A stretch of 32,000 bases of DNA, taken from positions 1,920,001 through 1,952,000 of the forward strand of contig NZ_CP047960.1 of the NCBI RefSeq assembly GCF_014280195.1, given 5' to 3'. Both the position numbers and the translations under genes were made by a program. Shown one piece after another: positions 8,867 through 16,255 of this stretch. Numbering within the stretch: position 1 is the stretch's first letter; every line of letters begins with the position of its first letter. The DNA comes from Synechococcus sp. A15-24. GTDB taxonomy: Bacteria > Cyanobacteriota > Cyanobacteriia > PCC-6307 > Cyanobiaceae. The notes below the pieces were generated by a model. That model saw only the letters and a list, made by a program, of their open reading frames with translations. It searched no databases and was not told the origin of the DNA.

Positions 8867-11122
8867 ATGCAGTATTCCCGCGAGAAGTGCTCTATTAGGA
8901 CCGTCGATGCCGCTTCCTTGAGTCAGGACCTCTTCACTTATCAGGGAGAACAGCGGCGCCGGCAGCAGGCCCCCCTGGCCGACCGCATGCGTCCACGCAC
9001 CCTGGAGGAATTTGAAGGTCAGCAAGGGATTCTGGCCCAGGGACGCCTGCTGAGGCGGGCCATCAAAGCCGACCGGGTCGGCAACCTGATACTGCATGGC
9101 CCACCTGGTGTGGGCAAGACGACCCTGGCGCGGATTGTTGCGAACCACACGCGGGCTCACTTCAGCAGCCTCAACGCCGTGCTCGCTGGCGTGAAGGACC
9201 TGCGCGCAGAAGTGGACGCCGCCAAGCTTCGCCTCGAACGCCATGGCCTGCGCTCGATCCTGTTCATCGACGAGGTGCACCGCTTCAACAGTGCGCAACA
9301 GGATGCCCTGTTGCCTTGGGTGGAGAACGGGACGGTGACCCTGATCGGCGCCACCACCGAGAACCCCTATTTCGAAGTCAACAAAGCACTGGTGAGCCGC
9401 TCACGCCTGTTCCGGCTGTTGCCGCTGGAGCCAGAAGACCTGCATCAGCTGTTGCAGCGTGCCCTCAACGATGAGGAACGGGGGTACGGCACCCGTCGGG
9501 TGACGTTGACTCCGGACGCAGCGGCACATCTGGTGGATGTAGCAGGGGGCGATGCCCGCAGCCTGCTCAATGCCCTGGAACTGGCGGTGGAAAGCTCCGA
9601 GCCGGAGCCCGATGGAGTGATCCAAATCAACCTGGCGATCGCGGAGGAATCGATCCAGCAGCGGGCAGTGCTCTACGACAAGCAGGGCGATGCTCACTAC
9701 GACACCATTAGCGCCTTCATCAAGTCTCTGAGGGGATCCGACGCCGATGCTGCCCTGTTCTGGCTGGCACGGATGGTGGAGGCCGGAGAAAACCCCCGCT
9801 TCATCTTCCGGCGGATGTTGATTGCTTCGGGGGAGGACATCGGCCTGGCCGATCCCCAGGCGATCGTTGTGGTGGAAGCCTGCGCCGCAGCCTTCGAGCG
9901 GGTCGGCCTGCCGGAAGGGCTGTATCCCCTGGCCCAGGCCGCCCTTTACCTGGCGGGGACCGAGAAAAGCAACAGCGTGCTGGGCTTCTTCGACGCCCTC
10001 AAGAGTGTGCGAGAGGCGAACCGTCAGGACGTGCCCAGCCACCTGCGGGACGCCAACCGGGATGGTGATGCCTTCGGCGATGGCGTCGGTTACCGCTACC
10101 CCCATGCCTACGCCGAACATTGGGTGGATCAGCAGTACCTACCCACGGCACTGCAAGGGGAAGTGTTCTGGCAGCCAGGCCAACTGGGCTGGGAGGGGGA
10201 ACGCCGGGAGCGCATGGCCGAGCGCCGTGCCGCACAGCTGGCAGCGGCGGCTGAACTGGCATCGGAGCAGCCATTGCTACTAAGCAGTGGTCCCGACAGT
10301 CCGGCGATGGAACGCTGGATTCAGCGGCAGTTGGGACAGGAGGGCGAACGTCTGCAACTACTGCGACGACGGCTCTGGGCGGGAGTGAGCTGGCAGCGCC
10401 AGGACCGGGTGTTGCTGCTGGGCTGCCATTCCCTGCTCTGGGCGCTGGATCCACTGCGCCAGGTGCCGGAAGGGGGCGTCACCCTGATCTGTCCAAGCCC
10501 TGACGATCGCCAGCGACTGGCGGCACAGATCGACCTGCTCGAACCTGAGCAGCAGCCACAGCTCCTGGATGGGGTTGAAGCGCTGCCATCCGATCAGGTT
10601 TTTGATTGGATCGGTGGGCGACTGGGCACGGTGGATCTGCTGGAGACGGACTGGACCGAGCTGGCTCAGACCTTGACGGGCCATGCCGACAGCAACGCCA
10701 GCCTGCGTCTGCTGATCAGCTGTGCTGGGTGTGGACCTGCAGGTGCCCTCAGCGCATCACACACTGCCGAGACCTCCCTGTCCCAGTTGGTTGAGCAGGA
10801 ACAAAGCTGGCTGCAACAGCTCCAGATCCAGACTCAGCCGCTGGAGGAGCAGGGTTGGAGCCTGAACATCGATCAATGGGACGAGGTACTGACATTGCCT
10901 GGGGGCAAGTCGTTGGCTGAGCGATGGCTGGCCAATGACTCTGATTACCGGCGCATGCTCGGCAGTATCCAACCGGAACCACTGCAGCTGCTGCGTACAA
11001 CCCTGGAGGGACTTGGATCAGAGAGACTACGGTTGCCGATGCGGCATCAGCTACTCGCAGGGAAGCGAAGTCAGCCAACAACAGAGCATCGAGTATTGAG
11101 CCCCCAAACTGAGCGGGCATAA
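8867..11122 (+). CDS. rarA: Replication-associated recombination protein A (RarA/MgsA AAA+ ATPase) fused to a ~300-aa C-terminal extension
   Basis: [14 protein letters not shown] matches the RarA N-terminal motif. Walker [10 protein letters not shown], Walker [20 protein letters not shown], MgsA_C-like region to YRYPHAY. The start is uncertain (TTG 8837, ATG 8867 or TTG 8918). A single uninterrupted ORF runs to 11122. Confidence 0.85.
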   Translation: MQYSREKCSIRTVDAASLSQDLFTYQGEQRRRQQAPLADRMRPRTLEEFEGQQGILAQGRLLRRAIKADRVGNLILHGPPGVGKTTLARIVANHTRAHFSSLNAVLAGVKDLRAEVDAAKLRLERHGLRSILFIDEVHRFNSAQQDALLPWVENGTVTLIGATTENPYFEVNKALVSRSRLFRLLPLEPEDLHQLLQRALNDEERGYGTRRVTLTPDAAAHLVDVAGGDARSLLNALELAVESSEPEPDGVIQINLAIAEESIQQRAVLYDKQGDAHYDTISAFIKSLRGSDADAALFWLARMVEAGENPRFIFRRMLIASGEDIGLADPQAIVVVEACAAAFERVGLPEGLYPLAQAALYLAGTEKSNSVLGFFDALKSVREANRQDVPSHLRDANRDGDAFGDGVGYRYPHAYAEHWVDQQYLPTALQGEVFWQPGQLGWEGERRERMAERRAAQLAAAAELASEQPLLLSSGPDSPAMERWIQRQLGQEGERLQLLRRRLWAGVSWQRQDRVLLLGCHSLLWALDPLRQVPEGGVTLICPSPDDRQRLAAQIDLLEPEQQPQLLDGVEALPSDQVFDWIGGRLGTVDLLETDWTELAQTLTGHADSNASLRLLISCAGCGPAGALSASHTAETSLSQLVEQEQSWLQQLQIQTQPLEEQGWSLNIDQWDEVLTLPGGKSLAERWLANDSDYRRMLGSIQPEPLQLLRTTLEGLGSERLRLPMRHQLLAGKRSQPTTEHRVLSPQTERA

Positions 11123-11186
11123 TTCCTCACAAACACAGATACAACATGAGAATTAACCGGGATTCTTGACTTCATCTAGCAAGCCA

Positions 11187-11756
11187 TCAATATGCAGCCA
11201 CATCCCTTACGATACAAGCAGGCAGGAATATGTACCAAGTCAAAAGGGATGCAGCTTGTTTTTTGTCAACCTTTTCAGGAGCACAAATCACTAAACCATC
11301 ACCAGTCAATCGGAAGTCAACAGGTAGGCTATTAATAATTCCAACCGAAGAAAGCTTGCCACCAATCGAAGCCTTAATTATGGCTGAACGCATAGCGAAA
11401 ACCGCAGAATCATTCTCACCATTGGGAGGATAATAAGAATAAGTCTGCTTTGATAGAAAATCTATACCTTCTCGACTATTCAAATATCGAGCAACTCTCG
11501 CAACGTCAACAATATAAACCTTTTTCATGCCGAAACGAATTTCATCTGCTGTCCATCCAGAGTTCCTTACACTGGCAAAAAGAGAGCGGTCAGCGATCTC
11601 ACCTGTCTCTAAAAAATGCTTGAACACATGTGAATTGCTTATCCAAGCAGCACCTCCTGTGTTCCAACGAACAAGGCGCTGCGGGAAAGATGAAGGAGCA
11701 GCCATCAAAACCAAGGAAGCAGCTGCAGCTAGGCCAGTAACAAGGCGATTGAACAC
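11187..11756 (-). CDS. Secreted DUF1400-like protein encoded by a low-GC gene
   Basis: GTG start and a signal-like N-terminus (FNRLVTGLAAAASLVLMAAPSS). FLETGEI...LNSREGIDFL...AMRSAIIKASIGGKLSSVGIINSLPVD resembles, from memory, the cyanobacteria-specific DUF1400 domain. Third codon positions are mostly A/T, unlike every neighbouring gene. Confidence 0.6.
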   Translation of the reverse strand: MFNRLVTGLAAAASLVLMAAPSSFPQRLVRWNTGGAAWISNSHVFKHFLETGEIADRSLFASVRNSGWTADEIRFGMKKVYIVDVARVARYLNSREGIDFLSKQTYSYYPPNGENDSAVFAMRSAIIKASIGGKLSSVGIINSLPVDFRLTGDGLVICAPEKVDKKQAASLLTWYIFLPACIVRDVAAY

Positions 11757-11929
11757 AGACGAGAACTAAAGCTATTAACTGAGTTCAACAATAGTCCCGA
11801 AGATAAAAAACAGCCCATAAAACCCAGCCCGCCCGCAAGCACTTAATCGTTGAGCAGCTATGGGATTTACCACCGCAGCATGGGGCCCATATCCCCTACC
11901 GACTTGGACCATGCAGGCTTCGATTTCGG

Positions 11930-12442
11930 TCATTCGAGCTGCTTGACATCGAGCAATGTCCACCCCTCCGGACATCTTTTATGGGTGCGCTCGCTGATCT
12001 GATCTTTCCGGCCGCGACAAGACCAACTGGTCAACCGACCCCCTCGTCGTTCGACCCCCGCCAGGAATGCTTCAGAACCGCGCCGGGGCATCACCTTCAA
12101 AGTGGTCGTCAATCGATCGCGATCCACACGGGTGTCTAGGCGCAGCGGAACCGTCAGCCCGAGATCAGCCAGCGATGGCGAAAAACCTCCCCAGTAATGA
12201 CGTGCCATCTGGCCACGGATGAACTCCTTCATCAACAGCTGGGCATCGCGCCGCTGATCCAGTTCGATTTCGCGCTCGGCCAACTGTTCCGTCAACCGGA
12301 TTCGTGAGCCCCCTGTCGTCTCCCAGCTGCCCGGCGCCATGGATGGCCGCGGATCAGACGTCAGGCCCAACGCTCCGATGACCACCAACGGGGTGGCTGC
12401 CATCAGGGTCGCCAGCGAATGCGTCCGCGGCTGCTGGGCCAT
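11930..12442 (-). CDS. Hypothetical exported protein (170 aa), weak resemblance to cyanobacterial pilin-like G/H proteins
   Basis: ATG at 12442 (the track ORF starts at TTG 12454). Hydrophobic N-terminus LATLMAATPLVVIGALGL. The segment FIRGQMARHYWGGFSPSLADLGLTVP and a C-terminal Cys pair (CRGRKDQISERTHKRC) are pilin-like, but there is no G-F-T-L-x-E prepilin motif. Confidence 0.45.
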   Translation of the reverse strand: MAQQPRTHSLATLMAATPLVVIGALGLTSDPRPSMAPGSWETTGGSRIRLTEQLAEREIELDQRRDAQLLMKEFIRGQMARHYWGGFSPSLADLGLTVPLRLDTRVDRDRLTTTLKVMPRRGSEAFLAGVERRGGRLTSWSCRGRKDQISERTHKRCPEGWTLLDVKQLE

Positions 12443-12467
12443 CACAACAGCCAAAACAACAGATATT

Positions 12468-13151
12468 TCAAGCTAGGCAGATTGGACCAACCTGTCCTGC
12501 AGCGCCTGCAACTGCCATCAGCCAGCCCTCCAGCTGCAGGCGATGGACAGGTACGGGATGCTCCAGATCAGGGTGAAGACCCTGGCAAGCATCAGCGCCA
12601 CAACGCCAACGGCTCAGATCCAACGCCAGGCTGCCGCGTTGCATCTTGATCAGCGCTTCCTTCGCCACCCACTGCTTCAGCACCGCCATTCGCAGCGTTT
12701 CCCCGGCCAGACCGTCGAGCTCGCGACGATCCTCGGCGCAATAAAAACGATCCGCCAACGCCGCCGCCGGGAAACAACGATCGCGGCGTTCCAGATCCAC
12801 ACCCACAGCATCGGCAGACCAGGCCACCAACACCGCATCGCAGCAATGACTGAGACTTAGGCAGCCCCAGCCATCGGCCAAGGTCGGAGGCTTCCCCGGT
12901 GGTGCCTGCAATGGCACCGTGGCTGGATCAACGTCGAAGCAGTCGGCGAGGCAGCGCCGCATCCAGAGCCGGGAGCGGCGGAACGCAACGGCCCGAGCCA
13001 TGGCCATGCCATCCATCCAACCCGCTTCCACAGACGAGAGTTCCACATCGGACGGGAGATCCTGATGTTCCGGGATCAGCCACAGGGCCGTTACGATTCG
13101 GCTTGTGTGTAGTTGCGGCTTCAGTGGCTCTCCAGATCGGCGATCCGGCAC
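12468..13151 (-). CDS. 4'-phosphopantetheinyl transferase, Sfp type
   Basis: Motifs PPGKPPTL, LSLSHCCDAVLVAWS, VGVDLE and WVAKEALIKM (W/KEA motif). The only in-frame start upstream of the conserved N-terminal region is GTG 13151. Confidence 0.8.
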   Translation of the reverse strand: MPDRRSGEPLKPQLHTSRIVTALWLIPEHQDLPSDVELSSVEAGWMDGMAMARAVAFRRSRLWMRRCLADCFDVDPATVPLQAPPGKPPTLADGWGCLSLSHCCDAVLVAWSADAVGVDLERRDRCFPAAALADRFYCAEDRRELDGLAGETLRMAVLKQWVAKEALIKMQRGSLALDLSRWRCGADACQGLHPDLEHPVPVHRLQLEGWLMAVAGAAGQVGPICLA

Positions 13152-13591
13152 CCGATTTCACGCTCCCCAATCAGGACGGCGACCCCGTGCAGCTGTCGTC
13201 GTTTCGAGGACAACGGGTCGTCATCTACTTCTATCCCAAGGACGACACCCCGGGCTGCACAAAAGAAGCCTGTAATTTCCGTGATCGCTGGGATCGCTTT
13301 GAAAAGCACGGCATCAAGTTGCTGGGCATTAGCAAGGACAACGCCACGTCCCACACCAAATTCATCAGCAAACATGAGCTTCCCTTCACGCTGCTGACCG
13401 ATGTGGAACCTTGTGAGGTCGCAAGCAGTTACGAGAGTTACGGCCTGAAGAAGTTCATGGGCCGTGAATACATGGGCATGATGCGCCACACCTTCGTCGT
13501 GGATGCGGACGGCAAGCTCGAAAGGATCTACCTGAAGGTGAAGTCCGCCATCATGGCTGACACCATTCTCAGCGACTTGGAGCTGGCTTGA
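13124..13591 (+). CDS. bcp: Thiol peroxidase, Bcp/PrxQ-type peroxiredoxin (155 aa)
   Basis: ALQIGDPAPDFTLPNQDG...VVIYFYPKDDTPGCTKEAC contains the peroxidatic Cys motif and is collinear with E. coli Bcp. The GTG start at 13124 was chosen by homology. The 75 codons upstream in the track ORF are antisense to the PPTase gene. Confidence 0.88.
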   Translation: MALQIGDPAPDFTLPNQDGDPVQLSSFRGQRVVIYFYPKDDTPGCTKEACNFRDRWDRFEKHGIKLLGISKDNATSHTKFISKHELPFTLLTDVEPCEVASSYESYGLKKFMGREYMGMMRHTFVVDADGKLERIYLKVKSAIMADTILSDLELA

Positions 13592-14267
13592 TTACAGGGA
13601 TCAAGTCGACCATGGCCTGCAGCTGCAAGTTTTTATTGGACTGAGCTGATACACCCCGACGGGACAGCTCCTTCTCCAGCCAGGGTGCATCTCCACCGCA
13701 GAGCCAGAGGCAGGCCCCACTGCTCTGATACGCGTCCACAACGGCAGCTGCCAAGCCCTGCATCACCCCTTGGCACATCGCCTCTGCGGTGCCGCTGGGG
13801 AATAGATCATCGGTTCGCTGTTGACGAGCCACGGAGGGCAGCAAGGCCGTCCCCGATGCCATCGCCTGAAGCTGCAACCGCAATCCAGGCATCAGACGGC
13901 CACCGCGAAAGCGGCCATGGGCGTCGAGCAGAGTGAGGCTGAGAACGGTGCCGGCATCGGCCAGCAACAGCCCCTGATCCAGGTCACCGCCTTGGGAACG
14001 TTGACGTCGCCAGGCACCCCAGGCCCCGAGGGCACGATCGACACCCAGCCAGGGCGGACAACCCTCCAGGGGCACATTCTCAAGTTGCAGTCGGGACTCC
14101 TGGGCGCCCTCCAGAGCTGCTGGGACCTCTCCCACAGCCGCCCAGATCAGGTTGGTGGTGTCGATCCGCAGCGGATCAGGCGCGGCATGGTCAAAACTCC
14201 AGCGCTCTCCGCGCTGGGTGGCCCAGTGCCAGCGGCTGTTGCCGATCAGCAGGGCACGTGAGGCCAT
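13569..14267 (-). CDS. coaX: Type III pantothenate kinase
   Basis: ALLIGNSRWHWA (the DxGNT-like N-terminal motif), LLADAGTVLSLT, GGRLMPGLRLQLQAMASGTALLP. The ATG at 14267 lies 5 nt after the cysH stop. The track ORF extends further, into cysH. Confidence 0.85.
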   Translation of the reverse strand: MASRALLIGNSRWHWATQRGERWSFDHAAPDPLRIDTTNLIWAAVGEVPAALEGAQESRLQLENVPLEGCPPWLGVDRALGAWGAWRRQRSQGGDLDQGLLLADAGTVLSLTLLDAHGRFRGGRLMPGLRLQLQAMASGTALLPSVARQQRTDDLFPSGTAEAMCQGVMQGLAAAVVDAYQSSGACLWLCGGDAPWLEKELSRRGVSAQSNKNLQLQAMVDLIPVIKPAPSR

Positions 14268-14272
14268 CGTGC

Positions 14273-15019
14273 CTAGATCCCATCCCCCATCAAGCCTTCC
14301 ACGGCCTCCTGGGGAACGTGGATCCCGCATTCCTGTTTGAGCCCCCCGAAACGGGTGTTGCGTCCGCTGAGCTCAGCGCCATCCGGAGCACTGGAGTGCC
14401 AATCCCCCACGGTTGAGTACCCCTGCTCGAACAACGGGTGCTGCGGCAGGTTGTTGTCCTCCATGTAGTAGTAGATGTCCTTCTGGGTCCAATCCAACAG
14501 CGGACGCAGAGACAGCCGCTCTCGGATCGGGTCCAGCACGGTCATCGCGCGGCGGTGGTCGGTTTGGCCACGACGCACGCCGCTGGCCCAGCAGCTCACC
14601 TCCAGTTGCGCCAAAGCCCGATCCAGGGGCTCCACCTTGCGGATCTGGTGATACTTCTCAAGATCATCAAGCTGTCCGGTGTCCCAGAGGCGTCCATGCA
14701 GAGCCTCCATCCGAGCCGGCGACATCGCGCTTTGAACCACCATCAGGCGGATGCTGAGCAGCTCCGTGAGCTGGGCGCCATAGCGGTAGGTCTCCTCCGG
14801 CAGATAGCCCGTGTCCACCCAGATCACAGGGACGGCGTCACCCTCCGGCAGTTGGCTGAGCATGTGCAGCAGCACCGCCGATTGGATGCCGAAGCTAGTG
14901 GTGAGAGCAAATCCGGATCCGAAGCGCTGGTGTGCCCAAGCCAGTCGATCCTGAGGACTTAACGGCTCCAGGCTGCCGCGGTCCGCATCGAGATTGTCCC
15001 GAACCAACACGCCCGTCAT
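14273..15019 (-). CDS. cysH: Phosphoadenosine phosphosulfate (PAPS) reductase, thioredoxin-dependent type
   Basis: FALTTSFGIQSAVLLHM, VIWVDTGYLPEETY, C-terminal KQECGIH motif. It lacks the CC...CxxC iron-sulfur cysteines of APS reductases. Confidence 0.92.
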   Translation of the reverse strand: MTGVLVRDNLDADRGSLEPLSPQDRLAWAHQRFGSGFALTTSFGIQSAVLLHMLSQLPEGDAVPVIWVDTGYLPEETYRYGAQLTELLSIRLMVVQSAMSPARMEALHGRLWDTGQLDDLEKYHQIRKVEPLDRALAQLEVSCWASGVRRGQTDHRRAMTVLDPIRERLSLRPLLDWTQKDIYYYMEDNNLPQHPLFEQGYSTVGDWHSSAPDGAELSGRNTRFGGLKQECGIHVPQEAVEGLMGDGI

Positions 15020-15106
15020 GCCGCGGACCCATCCATCACCTGCCCCATCTTCCCCTGCCGCCCGGTGAGAAGGGCTGCCTAAGGTTTCAGCACTTCCTGA
15101 TGTTCC

Positions 15107-16255
15107 ATGACGACACCTCTGTCATCACCCGAGACCGTGGTGGTGATCGGTGGTGGATTCGCGGGACTGTGCAGCGCTCTGGCCGTGAGCGAGCGCTTGC
15201 CGGAGCGACCGGTGCTGTTGATCGAGCCCCGCGACCGCTTTCTATTTCAACCGCTTCTCTACGAACTGCTCAGCGGTGAGCTCCAGAGCTGGGAAGTGGC
15301 GCCCGCTTATCGCCAGCTGCTCAGTAGCCGTGGCATCTGCTGGCTGCAGGACCGTGTCATCAGCATCGATCTGAACAACCAGGAGCTCACCACCGCCGCT
15401 TCCGGTGCTCTCCAGTGGGGTGATCTGGTGCTGGCCACCGGCACCGAGCTCAATGATTTCGGAGTTCCCGGTGTCCGTGATCATGCCTGCAGCTTCCGGG
15501 ATCTCAACGATGTTGCCCATCTGCGCGCCCTTGTGCGAGAGCTGAAGAAGCGCAGAACCCCCGATGCCGCTATCGCGATCGTCGGAGCAGGGCCAACGGG
15601 TGTGGAGCTGGCCTGCAAGCTGGCGGACATGCTCGATGGAGCAGCCCGGATCCATCTGATTGAGAGGGGAGACGGGATCCTGCCCAACAGTGCGTCGTTC
15701 AACCGTGAACGCGCTGCCGCCGCACTGGAGCGGGGGGAAGTCTGCCTGCACCTCAACACAGCTGTGACCGAGGTTCGCGCCGATCGTGTCCGCTTCAAGG
15801 ACGGCACCTTGCTCCCCCACAGCGGTCTGATCTGGAGTGCCGGCAGCAGCCCGACCGTGCCCGACATCCGGCCGGACCCTGGTCACGCCAAAGGCCCTCT
15901 CAACATCGGCAAGGATCTGCGGCTTCTCGGCAACAAACACGTCTTCGTGCTGGGGGATTGCGGACGTTGCAGCGTTGAGCCCTGGCCGGCCACTGCTCAG
16001 GTGGCCATGCAGCAGGGCGAGGCTGTTGCAGCGGCCCTGCAGGCCACCAGCAACAACCAGGAGCCGAAAACGTTTCAGTTCCAGGATCGCGGCGAGATGC
16101 TCAGCCTGGGCATCGGTAACGCCACGCTCACTGGGCTTGGCATCACGCTTGCCGGCCCCCTGGCCTTCAAGATCCGACGGGCCACCTACCTCACCAGGCT
16201 GCCTGGACTCTCACTGGGTCTGCGCTCTGCCGGGGCCTGGCTGATGAGCCGTTGA
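15107..16255 (+). CDS. Type II NAD(P)H dehydrogenase (NDH-2 family flavoprotein)
   Basis: Two dinucleotide-binding motifs, VVVIGGGFAGL and IAIVGAGPTGVELA, plus VFVLGDC. Typical NDH-2 length of 382 aa. Confidence 0.88.
   Translation: MTTPLSSPETVVVIGGGFAGLCSALAVSERLPERPVLLIEPRDRFLFQPLLYELLSGELQSWEVAPAYRQLLSSRGICWLQDRVISIDLNNQELTTAASGALQWGDLVLATGTELNDFGVPGVRDHACSFRDLNDVAHLRALVRELKKRRTPDAAIAIVGAGPTGVELACKLADMLDGAARIHLIERGDGILPNSASFNRERAAAALERGEVCLHLNTAVTEVRADRVRFKDGTLLPHSGLIWSAGSSPTVPDIRPDPGHAKGPLNIGKDLRLLGNKHVFVLGDCGRCSVEPWPATAQVAMQQGEAVAAALQATSNNQEPKTFQFQDRGEMLSLGIGNATLTGLGITLAGPLAFKIRRATYLTRLPGLSLGLRSAGAWLMSR

Noticed and set aside
11123-11136. TTCCTCACAAACAC, reminiscent of the ACUCCUCACAC core of the cyanobacterial sRNA Yfr1
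   Set aside because: The match is imperfect, and the two flanking stem-loops that define Yfr1 are not present around it.
11141-11758. 8-nt direct repeat AACACAGA near both borders of the low-GC islet (11132-11139 and 11752-11759; the coordinates given only approximately bracket both copies), possibly an insertion-site duplication
   Set aside because: It is only 8 nt, so a chance match within ~100-nt border windows is not unlikely. The right copy lies inside the start region of the DUF1400 gene. There is no integrase or tRNA to support a mobile-element reading.
11775-11975. 66-aa minus-strand ORF between the DUF1400 gene and the 170-aa gene
   Set aside because: It overlaps the 3' end of the better-supported 170-aa gene in another frame. 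Composition is mixed and there is no motif.
12899-13123. 75-codon N-terminal extension of the bcp ORF in the track
   Set aside because: It is antisense to the conserved core of the PPTase gene. Bcp homology starts only at 13127, and GTG 13124 gives the normal 155-aa length.
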